The notes below the pieces were generated by a model, which searched no databases, was not told where the DNA came from, and was given only the letters and a program-made list of their open reading frames with translations. A stretch of DNA of 63,786 nt, the filler included, from Octopus bimaculoides (taxonomy: Eukaryota), in assembly GCF_001194135.2 (NCBI RefSeq). It is 5 parts of 5 records of this genome, joined end to end, with 100 filler letters (N's around TTAATTAATTAA, not from the genome) between each part and the next. Parts side by side here need not be neighbours in the genome. Positions count along the whole stretch, not along the records: positions 1 to 22,179 come from NC_068983.1; positions 22,280 to 43,807 come from NC_068991.1; 3 more parts are not named here. One strand, written 5' to 3'. The translations under genes were made by a program, and so were the position numbers. Positions 12,041-23,909 of the stretch are shown in pieces. Position 1 is the first letter of the stretch, and every line of letters starts with the position of its first letter.

Positions 12041-12308
12041 GATTGAAGTATAATTAGAGAGGCAGACTTTCCAAATATGGAAAATGTCTTTGGATAAATC
12101 CTGTGAGAGCCTCAAAAAGCCAAAACAAAATAGTACAGTAACCCCTTGACTATCACAAGTGTTATGGTGCAAAACTCCCTGAAATAGATGAAAATCCATG
12201 AAGTAGAAACAGTACTGTACTGTATATTTTTAAAAATTATTTTTATAATTTGTATGTATTTATTTTATTATAAATGCAAAACAAAACCATGGAGGAATTG
12301 ACGTAAGC

Positions 12309-12745
12309 TTTACCCTTTCATTACCAACCAGACTGAAACCAGCTCTGGCTCTGAGTACAAATGTCTTGTTTTCATAAGTTCTGAATTAAAATCTTCCACC
12401 AAACCTTAGTCACAATTTGTTCCTAACACTAGCTTAATGGTAACTAAGTTATTTAACTAAATTCTNNNNNNNNNNNNNNNNNNNNNNNNNNNNNNNNNNN
12501 NNNNNNNNNNNNNNNNNNNNNNNNNNNNNNNNNNNNNNNNNNNNNACTGAAACCAGCTCTGGCTCTGAGTACAAATGTCTTGTTTTCATAAGTTCTGAAT
12601 TAAAATCTTCCACCAAACCTTAGTCACAATTTGTTCCTAACACTAGCTTAATGGTAACTAAGTTATTTAACTAAATTCTTTGTAACATTTAAAGTAACTG
12701 ACAGAAACAGAGCATCTCAACAGAAACCGCAATAAGTGAACTAAT
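12309..12745. mobile_element. piggyBac-type (TTAA) MITE, apparently duplicated across an N gap
   Basis: Homologous to 15179-15407. About 135 bp on each side of the gap are identical. Confidence 0.75.
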
Positions 12746-13504
12746 GGCAAGAGATTACTGTACTTTTATTTATTTATTTTTTTTTAGGCTGAAAATATTC
12801 CTTCTGCAAAGAATGTGTACACTTGTTAGGATATTCAGTGTTGCTTGGCAAATATAGCCCATAGTTTGGTTTTCCTCTTTGTAGACTGAGTATCCTAATA
12901 AATCTGAGATACTTTCAGACAATGACAAGGAAGTGCAGGGATGTAACAGAATCTGATCTGTTCCATCTTACAAACACATTCGGCACTGTGCCAGATCTCA
13001 TCATGTTGAAAGTTCTTGATGTTTGGATGCATCGATCACTTCATCCAAATGGTTTGATTGTTTTATGACCTAGAAGGTCAAGTGTTGCATTGAGGCCAAC
13101 TGTGGTGTAGGACCATATTTTCATTGTCTATAACTGCTGTACTAATTAAAACAATTAACCATATTCATCATCGTCGTCATCATTTGATAACTGTCTTCAT
13201 TACAGGCATGGGTTGTACTTTAAATCCAAAATTCCCATTCAATACAGAATAATGGAGAACTTTTTAACTATAACGACTTAAATTGAAAGAATTCTACATC
13301 CTTGATTGTGATCTGTGAGTTGCAATATGCTAAAGACGACACTGTCCAATTCCACTAAATTCAATTTCCAAACTATGTCCTATACATTCTGGAATGTCTT
13401 CATTGTTGTTAGGATTGGATTCACGTCAAAAGACTAACGACTTAATCAGCTGCCATCTTGGAAATATAGTCTGTAGATTAAGGGATACCACAATGAATGT
13501 GTGT

Positions 13505-13800
13505 ATCATCATCATTTAATGTCTGTTGTCCATGCTGGCATGGGTTGGATGGTTTGACCAGAGCTGGTAAGCTGGAAGGCTGCACCAGACTCCAGTCTGA
13601 GTTGGCATGGTATCTAACTGGATGCCCGTCTTAACATCAACCACTGTGAGAGTGTAATGGGTGTTTTTATGTGCCACCGATACAGGTGCCATTTGCGTGA
13701 CACTGGTATCTGCCACAACTGTGATTTTTACATGGCTTGATGGGGCTTCTTCTCAGTCATTGCCTCAGTGAGGTCCAACACTCAAAAGGTGCTCCAAATT
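13505..13800 (-). mobile_element. SINE family V
   Basis: catcatcatcatttaatgtctg...ggatgccc...caaccactg. Contains one unit of the 42-bp minisatellite motif. Confidence 0.75.
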
Positions 13801-14665
13801 CTTATGTACCATGGGGAATGTCACAGAAAGAGATTCATTCTCTCTTCTGCATTTCAGGGGACTACCATTTATATCCTCCTCTAGTTCCTGTCACGTGCTG
13901 TTAACAAGGCCCTGCAAGGAACCTGTCTATAAAATCCTGCAGAACATCTCAGAAAATCCCTCCTCCATTTGTGCTTATGGCATGTTTGACCTCAGTGTCA
14001 GCATCCCAAAAGTGAAGACTGTTGCTCAGTCACTTCTCACAGTCAAAAGAAGCCTTTGAAATTACTATTGCTGGTGAACTGTTAAAGAAGTTACACCCTT
14101 TTGCCATCACAGCTGCTGAGACTTTTCTGCCCCCTGTTTGGCTTCTGATGACAGTCACAACTGTAAGCTGGGACCTCAAACATTTTGGTGTATCAAGTAA
14201 TTGAACTCTCTCTCTCTCTCTACTGCTCTATGGATGGTGTGTCAGCAAATATTATCAGCTAGAGAAGAGGTTTTAATGAATTAAGAATATGATTGACTCT
14301 AAACATCAAATGAGACAACAATGATGTTCAAGAAAGGGTTTGAAACCCCTGATGAAAAGCATCAGCTTTAATAATCTGAGAGGATGTAAAAAGGTTGTTA
14401 ACTACAAACATACTCCAAGAAGTTCTGAAATCTAATCTTAAAGATCCTCTTCCAAGAGGGTCACCTCTGAAAAACGCTTTTGTAACTCTTCAACAACCAG
14501 CCTAACAACTAAAAAAACTGTAAATACTGGAGGCATGCAGAAAGACAAGGAACTGTCACTGAAGAAGAAAAAAAAATGGAAAAGGAATGCGTTGAAAGAG
14601 TTCTGGGACTTAGACCATTCTCAAAGTATCAGTTCTGATTGCAATTTAGTCAGTAACAACTCATT

Positions 14666-14855
14666 TTAAATATTGGCTTCAAGTTTTAGCGCAAGGCCAG
14701 CATTTTCAGTGCTGGGATTAAGTTGATTATCTTGACCGGTACTTATTTTATTGACCTCAAAAAGATGAAAGGTGAAGTTGAACTTGGAATGTAAATGTGG
14801 ACAAAATGCTGTTAAGCATCTTGCCTGATGTGCTAACAATTCTGTCAGGTTTCCA
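14666..14855 (-). mobile_element. SINE family B-like, decayed
   Basis: Reverse-strand central block ggtacttattttattgacctcaaaaagatgaaagg. Confidence 0.6.
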
Positions 14856-15178
14856 TCTTTACTCACCTCAAATGTTAGAAGGTAGCTTTTAAAATAGAAA
14901 CATCAATAGCAATAAAGAAATCTTGGAATCTCCAAAACAGCAAAGAAATATTTTGAAAATACATTATCACCCTCTGAAAATGAATGCTCCCTTTTTTAGT
15001 GAGGGGTGGGGAGAGTCTCTTTCATACATCCTATCTTTCTAGTGATAATGCCCCCTCTGCTATAGGGAATTTTATTTCATACCTGCCACCCTTCTAGTGA
15101 TAATGTCCCTTTCTCAATAGGGGTCACTGTTTCATACCCCTCTTCCTCCTTGTGATTAATTTCAGATTCATAATGATG

Positions 15179-15407
15179 TTAACCCTTTCATTACCAAACA
15201 GGCTGAAACCAGCTCTGGCTCTGAGTACAAATGTCTTGTTTTCATAAGTTTTAAATTAAAATCTTCCACCAAACCTTAGTCACAATTTATGTTCCTAACA
15301 CTAGCTGAATGATAACGAAGTTACTTAACTAAATTCTTTGTTATATTTAAAACTAATTGAAAGAAACATAGAGCATCTCAATAGAAATATGGTAACGAAA
15401 GGGTTAA
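15179..15407. mobile_element. piggyBac-type MITE (about 225 bp)
   Basis: TTAA TSD at both ends; TIRs ccctttcattacca / tggtaacgaaaggg. Confidence 0.85.
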
Positions 15408-15429
15408 ATGATTCTCCCATTTCACCAAA

Positions 15430-17160
15430 CTCTGGTTATTTCTTTGACATTCCCTCATTGTCAAGCTCCATAACTAACCTTTAGTTACCACCAACCATCC
15501 TGGATACTTGGCCTACATCATTTCAATACCTTAGAATTGTTCCCAATCTTATACCAACAGACAATGAACCACATCAGCTAACAGAGATATATTGAATGCC
15601 TTAATTGACTGACAAGGGCTGCCATTGGTATGGTTCACTGGCCCTTGCAACACTTAAATTCTTGTAACACTATGACGAACACATCACAACTAATGTCATT
15701 TTGTTTCCTCTTCATCATTTGCTCCTCTTTTGTACCCCCACAGTTTATTTCCCTCGTTTAACAACTCCCCTTGCAACGGCCTCCCTCAGACTCTCTTAAT
15801 TGTGGTGGCCACCCTTTTCTACCTCATCTATACCAACAAATATATCCTCCACTTCTTTAAATCCGCTTCTACTGGCTCCTCCCGATTCCCATTCATTGTG
15901 GATGTCAAATCTTTTTGTCTTGCCAACCTTTATGATGCAATTTTCCTTGCTTTTAAATCTTTTCCCAACTTCTGCCCTAATCTTGAGTCCAATACCTCCC
16001 TTAATCTCTGTTTTGTTGAACTTTTTCCCCTTTTTTATAACATTTAATTACAAGCCATTGGTTTGACTATGAGAACAACAATGGGCCCCACCTATTATAC
16101 TGAAACCCAGATCTTCTCTCATTTTCCTCCAGCTCCATCCTGAGAGCTATATGGCTATTACATAAACTTGGTGACTCTGTCAGTGCAGGTGCCACTTAAA
16201 AAGCACCCAGTCTACACTGTAAAGTGGTTGGTGTTTGGAAGGGCATCCAACTCTGTAAAAACCTTACCAAAACTGACTTCGCCTGTGCTTGTGCCACGTA
16301 AAAAGCACTAAGTCCACTCTGCAGAGTGGTTGGTGTTAGGAAGGGCATCCAGCTGTAAAACTCCTGCCAAAACTCACAGATGCTAGCATGGACAGCTGAT
16401 GATGATGATGAACTGTATCAGTGCCACCTCTATTCCTTTTCAACAGTTCAGATCCTTCTTTGACCTCAACTTCCCTCTACAATTCACTTCTTCCATCTTT
16501 GTTATTTTTGGAAACTTTCCAGATATCTTAATCTATCAAATCCTTCCACTTCACCATCACTCCCACCTCCCCCAATCTTCTATCAACTCACCAACTCCCA
16601 CTTCTACCTTACTTCACCTCCTCTCACCACACAATGTCCCCTTTTCCCCCTCTATCCCCTGCAATCATCACCATTACTTGGAAACCCATTCTCAGTGTCG
16701 GGGAGGGGGTCAATACTTTTCATGGTAGGGATACTTGCCTCCCCTTTGTTGAAGCTGCTTACACCCATGATCAAGATGCTGACTTCATCTCCACCCTCTC
16801 ACCACATGTCCCCCCCCCCATCCATGGTTGATTACCTTCCTTTTTCCTTCTACCTACCCTCTACATGCCACCCTAGGACAAAGTCACTTCCTGCCCCTTC
16901 CCTTTCTCTAAGCTTACTCATAACCCCACACAACTTATTAGTCCACAGTTTATTATCTCCTACTCCCTTAGCCCACTCCACTAATCTGGGCCCTTTACCT
17001 GAACCATTCCCCTGTGGGTTACACATATCAATTCTTCAATATTACCACCTTTAACGGTTATTCCTTCCATGTCGCTGACTAGGTTACCATAACTGAGTCC
17101 AAAGACTAGCAAATAAACTTTCTTGGAACCTCATACACAATGCACTCCACCACATCCCCA
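15430..17160 (+). mobile_element. Old Penelope-like (Neptune-type) retroelement relic, RT region, interrupted by a SINE
   Basis: Degenerate motifs in the expected order: TDKG..W (about 15610), DVKS (RT motif A), LQAIGLTMRTTMGP (motif B), QFTSSI...FPDI, DQDADF. Many stops and frameshifts. Confidence 0.5.
16165..16412 (+). mobile_element. SINE family V inserted in the PLE relic
   Basis: ggaagggcatcc core twice and an atgatgatg tail. Confidence 0.75.
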
Positions 17161-17224
17161 GTTGCCCACTACTTTGGTTTAACTGCCCTTACAACATGGT
17201 ACCACACTTACTTTCAGTTTTGCC

Positions 17225-17510
17225 CTCATCATCATTTAACATCTATTTTCCATGCTTGCATGGGTTGGGAGGTTTGACACAAGAACTGGCAAGGCCAGGG
17301 TCCACACCGGGTTCCAGTTGTCTGCTTTGGCATGGTTTCTACTGCTGGATGCCCTTCCTAATGCCAACCACTTTACAGAGTGTACTGGGTGCTTTTTATG
17401 TGGCACTAGCACTAGTGCCTTTTAGGTGGTACCGGCACCAATGCTTTTTAGGTGGCACCGGCACCAGTGCTTTTTTTTGGCAGCACCAGCATCAGTGTTT
17501 TTTATGCTCT
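17225..17510 (-). mobile_element. SINE family V
   Basis: Core, tail and short internal repeats. Confidence 0.75.
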
Positions 17511-17631
17511 CTTTAATGAATCTCCTTTCCTCCATGTCTAACATGTAGCAATTGTCAACAAAATGTCAATTTAATTTTTTTTTCTTTTTGTAGTTTACCT
17601 GCTTTTCTATAACTACACACCCACGACCTAC

Positions 17632-17664
<33 letters not shown>

Positions 17665-17856
17665 ACACTTCACATGCACACACAGTTACTGCATACATAC
17701 AGTTATTGACATTCTCACGAATTACCATTCTCCTCTTGACGTTCCCCAAACAACAGAAACACTTGTTTCTGCTTCGCTTTTCATTTTCTATGCTTGTTTT
17801 GTATCACGTAACAAAACAGGTTTCTCTCATTTTCTTTCCTTCATTTTCTCTCTCTT

Positions 17857-17910
<54 letters not shown>

Positions 17911-17989
17911 CTTTATCTTTTCTCCAAAGAAGTAATTTTCATCCAAAACATTAAAACTTTCCTGTCTCAACACCCCAGAAGCTGTTTTC

Positions 17990-18340
17990 ATCATCATCCT
18001 TTAACATCCACCTTCCGTGCTCATATGGGTGGGATGGTTTGACAAGAGCCGGCCAGGCAGAAGCCTGCACCAGACTTCTGTAACTGTTTTGGTAAGGTTT
18101 TTACAGCTGGATGCCCTTCCTATCGCCAACCACTCAGCAGAGTGGACTTAGTGCTTTTTACGTGGCACAAGCACAGGCGAGGTCAGTTTTGGCAAGGCAT
18201 TTACAGCTGGATGCCCTTCTAAATACCAACCACTTATAATGTGAACCAGATGCTTCTTGAGTGGCACCTGCTCTGACAGGGTCACCAACTACTTTGCAAA
18301 ACAAAAGTCTTTTGAGTGGGGAGGGGCATTGGAGGAAGTT
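17990..18340 (-). mobile_element. SINE family V
   Basis: Same duplicated-core subtype as 9185-9480. Confidence 0.75.
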
Positions 18341-19452
18341 ATGTTGGTTGTTTTTAAGTATTCATCTTTGATTTATTTGCCCAAAAAAGTTTTGCAAAAC
18401 TGAAAGCTTCTGGTTATGATTAGAAGACCTACCATGAGTGGCAAGGCAATGGATTGCCACAGTCCATCTAGGAAGGCATAACTCCATATAAGCAATGCAG
18501 GAATGGAAAGCCCCCCACCCAGTGTTACTAGCACTAGAGAGATTAATCAATGTTAAAACCCACTGTACAATCTGTAAAGTAGTTGATGACAGGAAGGGCA
18601 TCTGGATATAGAAATCATGTCCGAAATGGAAGGACACACAGATAAGGGGACCCATCTAAGAGGAATAAGAACCAATACAATGTTGAAGGGACATTTTAGA
18701 TTTCATGTGACATTCGGTTGACACTGTAAAGCATAGATAATAAGTGTGTGAGATGTTGACAGTTATGAGTTACAAGACTCCTCTAACCCATACCAGTGTG
18801 GCAAAAAAAAAAAAATGGATGTAAAATTTGAAGTATTAAATTTAACCTCTGTAAATTCTGCAGAATATTGTTTTCAGATTTTGGCACAAGGCCAGTAATG
18901 TTGGAGAGGGATTACCATATTTTAGCATATATAAGGAACCCTTTTTGTCAAAAATTGGGTTAAAAATATATGGGAGTTTCTTATATATGGATAGTATCAT
19001 AATCCCTTACAAAACCTTTTAACCCTAAGTTAACCCTGTTAACTTAGCAGTTCAGTAAAAGAGACCAATAGAATAAATACCAGACTTAAAAAGAATTAAC
19101 ATTGGAGTTGATTCATTCAACTAAAAACTTCAGAGCGCTGCCCCAGTATGGCCAGTCAAATGGTTGAAACAAGTAGAAAATAAAAAAGATGAAAGGTAGA
19201 AGAAATAACTGAAAATGACCCCCACCTCGCTCCCCCTGCCCCCACTCTCTCCTGCAAAATTGTCCAAAGATTTGTGGCACTCTAGACATTATCGGTATTT
19301 CTGAAATCCCTCTGAAGCCCCTGAATAAAAAAAAATCCAACTTCATAATAATTAACCATTTAGCATTCAGATTACTCTGTCATATGTAATCCTTGTTTAC
19401 GTTGCTTTGAATTAATTGTACATTAACCTCATAGTTTCAAAATTTCAATGTG

Positions 19453-19785
19453 TGTGTGGTCCAGTGGTTAGGGCAGTGGACTCGCTGTCATAGGATTGCG
19501 GTTTCGTTTCCCAGACCAGGCGTTGTGAGTGTTTATTGAGCGAAAACACCTAAAGCTCCACGAGGCTCCGGCAGGGGATGGTGGTGAACCCTGCTATACT
19601 CTTTCACCACAGCTTTCTCTCACTCTTTCTTCCTGTTTCTGTTGTACCTGTAATTCAAAAAGCCAGCCTTGTCACACTCTGTGTCACGCTGAATCTCCCC
19701 GAGAACTCCGTTAAGAGTACACGTGTCTGTGGAGTGCTCAGCCACTTGCACATTAATTTCATGAGCAGGCTGTCAGGTTGTCAGC
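19453..19785 (+). mobile_element. tRNA-derived SINE family C, near full length
   Basis: A box ggtccagtggtt and a degenerate B box; the body is shared with 4708-4890. Confidence 0.75.
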
Positions 19786-20021
19786 CATAAAAATTTATAA
19801 GCAATTTATACATTTAATTAATAAGTTACGGGGATGTAAACACACCAAAGTTGGTTGTCAAGCAATGATGGGGGGTGGGGGGTGGGAACAAATACATACA
19901 TATATATATACACATATATATACACACACACACACACATACGTATATACACACATATATATATACATATACACACACGTGTATGTGTGTGTATACATATA
20001 TATGTACATACACGCATTCAT

Positions 20022-20310
20022 ATCATCATCATTTAATGTCTGCTCTCCATGCTGGCACGGGTTGGACGGTTTGACTGAGGACTGGCAAACCAGGAGGCTG
20101 CACTAGGCCCCAATCTGATCTGGCAGAGATTCTACAGCTGGATGCCCTTCCTAACGCCAATGACTCCGAGAGTGTAGTGGGTGCTTTTTACATGCCACCG
20201 GCACGAGAGCCAGTCAGGCGGCAGTGGCAGCGACCATGCTCAAATGGTACTTTTTATGTTGTACCGGCAAAAAGACCTGCCAAGCGGCACTGGCATCGGC
20301 CACGCTCAAA
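20022..20310 (-). mobile_element. SINE family V with two internal ~65-bp units
   Basis: Core plus gtgcc.ccggcac..gagccagtcaggcg units. Confidence 0.8.
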
Positions 20311-20374
20311 TGGTTTTTTTTTACACACACACACGCACGCACGCACGCACGCACACACACGCACACACACACAC

Positions 20375-20530
20375 GACAGGCTTCTTTCGGTTTTCGTCTA
20401 CCAAATCCACTCACAAGGCTTTGGTCAACCTGAGGCTATAGTAGAAGACACTTGCCCAAGGTGCCATACTGTGGGATTGAACCTGGAACCATGTCGTTGG
20501 GAAGCAGTCTTCTTACCACACAGCCACATA
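20375..20530 (-). mobile_element. SINE family A, 5' half
   Basis: Head and CORE-like homology. Confidence 0.8.
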
Positions 20531-20778
20531 TATGTATGTGCCCCCCCTCCCAACACTGCTTGACAACTATTCTTAGTGTGTTTACATATATTAACTTAGC
20601 ACTTTGAAAAAGAGACTGATAGAATAAGTATCAGGCTTACAAAAAAAAAAAAAATAGAAAGAGTATGCTTATCATAAAATACTTCTACTGAAACCTTCAC
20701 ATTGTTCTATTCTATATTTCTGAGATGAGGAATTATGGACAACGGGTGGACAGGTATCCTCATCTTGTCTGTTGTTAC

Positions 20779-20820
20779 CACAACGTTTCGGCTGATGTAC
20801 TCTCCAGCCTTCATCAGGTG
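20779..20820 (-). ncRNA. Minimal type I hammerhead ribozyme motif (intact core)
   Basis: Minus strand reads cac-CTGATGA-a-ggctg(gagagtacat)cagcc-GAAAC-GTT-gtg: 3-bp stem I, 5-bp stem II, palindromic AACGTT stem III and GUU cleavage triplet. Confidence 0.7.
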
Positions 20821-20860
20821 TTCTGGTGGAATTTCGAACCCAACCTCTATAATTGCCTAT

Positions 20861-20932
20861 GGGTATATAGCGTAGTGGATAAGTGCATAGGCTACTAACC
20901 CTTGGATTCTGAGTTCAATCCCAGGCAGGGAC
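20861..20932 (+). mobile_element. tRNA-like Pol III head (not a functional tRNA) of a hammerhead-bearing element
   Basis: A box TAGCGTAGTGG, B box GAGTTCAATCC and anticodon-loop-like CTACTAA; no acceptor-stem pairing. Confidence 0.7.
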
Positions 20933-21003
20933 TTGGGAAATAATATCAACAGAAAAAGAATACCTTAGGAATGAGGACAGAGCACCCCATTAGTGAAAGG
21001 GTT

Positions 21004-21489
21004 CATCATCATCATCGTTTAATGTCCATTTTCCATGCTGGCATGGGTTGGACGGTTTGACTGGGGTCTGGGAAGCCAGGAGGCTGCACCTGACTCCAGT
21101 CTGATCTGGCAGTGTTTCTACAGCTGGATGCTCTTCCTAACGTCAACCACTTTACAGAGTGTACTGGGTGCTTTTAACGTGCCACCAGCACAGGAGCCAG
21201 TTAGAGCCTGGCATTGATCACATTCAGATAGTACTTTTTATGTGCCACTGGCATGGGAGCCAGTCAGGGAGCACTGGCATTGGCCATGTTTGGATGGTGC
21301 TTTTTACGTGCCACTGGCACAGGAGCCAGTCAGGCAGCCCTGGCATCAATCATGTTCGGATGGTGCTTTTTATGTGCCACCAGCACGGGAGCCAGTCATT
21401 GGGCACTGGCATCAGCCATGTTCATATGGTACCTTTTATGTCCCACTGGCATGGGAGCCAGTCAGGCAGCCCTGGCATCAACCATGTTC
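21004..21489 (-). mobile_element. SINE family V with an internal array of five ~65-bp units
   Basis: Core, tail and units gtgccactggcac.ggagccagtcagg...atggtgctttttay. Possible GGGTT TSD at 20999-21003 and 21490-21494. Confidence 0.8.
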
Positions 21490-21513
21490 GGGTTGGGTTC
21501 GAAATTCCACCAG

Positions 21514-21560
21514 AACACCTGGTGAAGGCTGGAGAGTACATCAGCCGAAGTGTTGTGGTA
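21514..21560 (+). ncRNA. Hammerhead motif, mutated copy of 20779-20820
   Basis: cac-CTGGTGA-aggctg...cagcc-GAAGT-GTT-gtg. Core substitutions predict inactivity. Confidence 0.6.
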
Positions 21561-21774
21561 ACAACGAACAAAATGAGGGCACTTATCTGTCCATTGTAAA
21601 TACTACTTCACATTGTTATTCTGTCCAGATTGTCTTTTTCAGTTACTAACCCTAACCTTACCAAACCTGGTTTATAAAAGTAGAGATACCACTCCTGGCC
21701 CAAATCAATCTGTCATTTACCATGTCATCATTCCATTTATGTAGGTTTTTTTTCTTCTTTTTGTTGACTTTGGA

Positions 21775-22179
21775 CTGTTCAAAAAATTTCATATTGATTT
21801 GTGAGAGCTGTGAGAGCCATGTACAGAGATGCTGCCAGTAAGGTGAGGGTTGGAAATGAGTACAGCAATGAATTCCGGGTAGAGGTAGGGGTCCACCAAG
21901 GTTCCGTCCTCAGCCCCCTCTTATTTATCATAGTCCTCCAGGCAATCACAGAGGAGTTCAAGACAGGTTGCCCCTGGGAGCTCCTCTATGCTGATGACCT
22001 TGCCCTAATTGCGGAGTCACTATCAGAACTAGAGAAGTTTCAGGGGTGGAAGCAAGGTCTAGAATTGAAGGGCCTTAGAGTCAACCTAGCTAAAGCCAAA
22101 ATCCTAATAAGTAGGAAGGTAGATAAAACACAAACCCCTTCAGGTAGATGGCCCTGCTCAGTATGTAGAAGAGTAGGTA
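21775..22179 (+). mobile_element. RTE-clade LINE, reverse transcriptase fragment
   Basis: GVHQGSVLSPLLF, LLYADDL, GLRVN..K and a downstream WPCSVC motif. Cut by the end of the scaffold. Confidence 0.9.
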
Positions 22180-22279
22180 NNNNNNNNNNNNNNNNNNNNN
22201 NNNNNNNNNNNNNNNNNNNNNNNTTAATTAATTAANNNNNNNNNNNNNNNNNNNNNNNNNNNNNNNNNNNNNNNNNNNN
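22180..22279. other. Artificial scaffold-joining spacer
   Basis: 44 N + TTAATTAATTAA (stops in all six frames) + 44 N; the identical structure occurs four times. Confidence 0.95.
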
Positions 22280-22630
22280 CTTCCATTTCATCTGATGTGT
22301 GATACTCTGTGTGTATGCGTGCGTGTGTGCTTTCGTGCGTGCGTGAGGGGTTCCACAATCGCAATTTATTTCAATTACTCTTGTGAGGATATTCACGTAA
22401 ATCATTTTTTTCATTTAATCCACATTTTAATTTTCGTAAAGTTTCCAAGTACCAATGAGGCTTTTTGGCGCATCTTCAATTTTCCAATTCATGAGAGGTG
22501 CCCAGTCATCATTCATCTGAGAGTCCATCTATAGAATGTCCTCAGATTTCTATACAGCATATTTTGCTTTTTTCCTTCCAGTATATAAGCAACAATTTCA
22601 TTCCCGGGCAACGCCGGGTTGCTCTGCTAG
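22280..22630 (+). mobile_element. Non-autonomous Helitron, 3' portion
   Basis: Hairpin CCCGGGCAACGCCGGG followed by CTAG|T at 22603-22631. Confidence 0.65.
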
Positions 22631-22779
22631 TTATCTATATATTACGTTATAGTTTATGCTATGCTAATATGTATAAAACCCCTATTGAATAAATTTTAGA
22701 ATTTATGTACAAAGTGCACCAAAATATTTTAACTTTTTGTAAAGTGCACCGTGAGTAAAAATGTTTGGGAACCACTGGT

Positions 22780-23600
22780 TTAGGAGTTCAGAGAAGTGTT
22801 CGATCCAGCGACCTGTGATTCCTGTTGATTTAGTAAATAGAGTAGAAGACTCCTTGGAAAGCAAAGGAGCTGATGCAGAGCTCCTAGGCCCATAAACTTG
22901 CTTCATAAGATGGTAAAGCTTCTTGCCGTCATTTGCATCAGCAACAGCCTGAACATCATGAGCAAAATCCTCCCACCAAGTGTTCTGCATCTTCCTGAGA
23001 GATCGTTGCAGTAGTGATTTTACACTGCTGTAGTGGGCAAGTGCTAGATTTCACTGCACTGCTGAAAGTCCTCTGTGCAGAAATACATTGTGGGCATGGC
23101 ACTTTACAATCAATCATCGCTGAACTTCAGCATCCTTTTCATCAAGCCAGTCTCTGTGTCTGGCAGTAGCATATCCCAGTGTTTCAGCAGCACATTAAAG
23201 AACCTGGTCTCAGAAATCTTCCCATACTGTAGTATTTTCAATGCCAGACAAGTGAATTTGAAGCTCTTTCCTCAACACAGCATCATATATCTTGTGAACA
23301 TTCAACACCAAGGAATGCCAAATGGCCCTCTTCTCTCTTTCACTCTAATCATCATCCAGAACTTTGCTCACACCAGACGTGGTCTGGCCAGCATTCCAAT
23401 CCATGAAAGGACTTGACATTACAAATGCCATAGATGTCACATTTGTGGATGATGACATAATCCAGCAAGTGCCAAACTTTAGAGCTTGAATGCATTCATG
23501 TTGTGCATGAAATGAGTGCTTCTGATGTAAAGTCCATGTTTATTGCAAAGCTTCAGTAGCATGAAACCATTGCTATTCATTTTCCCTACACCAAAACGTC
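22780..23600 (-). mobile_element. RTE/BovB-like LINE ORF2 fragment (end of endonuclease and linker region), decayed
   Basis: MQNTWWEDFAHDVQAVADANDGKKLYHLMKQVYGP...RWIEHFSELLN is typical of RTE ORF2 upstream of the RT. Confidence 0.75.
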
Positions 23601-23630
23601 CTAGAGAGTTCCATGTTTGCCATGTTTTGT

Positions 23631-23674
<44 letters not shown>

Positions 23675-23909
23675 CATACACACATATATGCGAATATGCA
23701 TGTGCATTTACGCATATACATTGATACATGCACTCACACACACACGTACATACATACATACATTGGATTGCTGGTGTGGCCGTAGAATAAGAAACAAAGT
23801 AAGCTTATGCAGTCACATGAGAATATACATGGTATGTATATAGTGCGTTTGTATTTTTGTATGCAGTGTATATGCATGCATGCACATTTACTCATATACA
23901 TACATACAT

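Noticed and set aside
13811-14204. Overlapping 60-82 aa ORFs
   Set aside because: No recognisable domain; frameshifted, probably a decayed TE. The same applies to 10863-11100.
20861-20932. tRNA-Ser gene
   Set aside because: A/B boxes are present but the acceptor stem does not pair; it is an element head. The same holds for the heads at 3925, 19453 and 44555.
21160-21490. CRISPR-like array (also 5686-6088 and 62375-63535)
   Set aside because: Contiguous diverged tandem units without unique spacers, in eukaryotic SINE context, with no cas genes.
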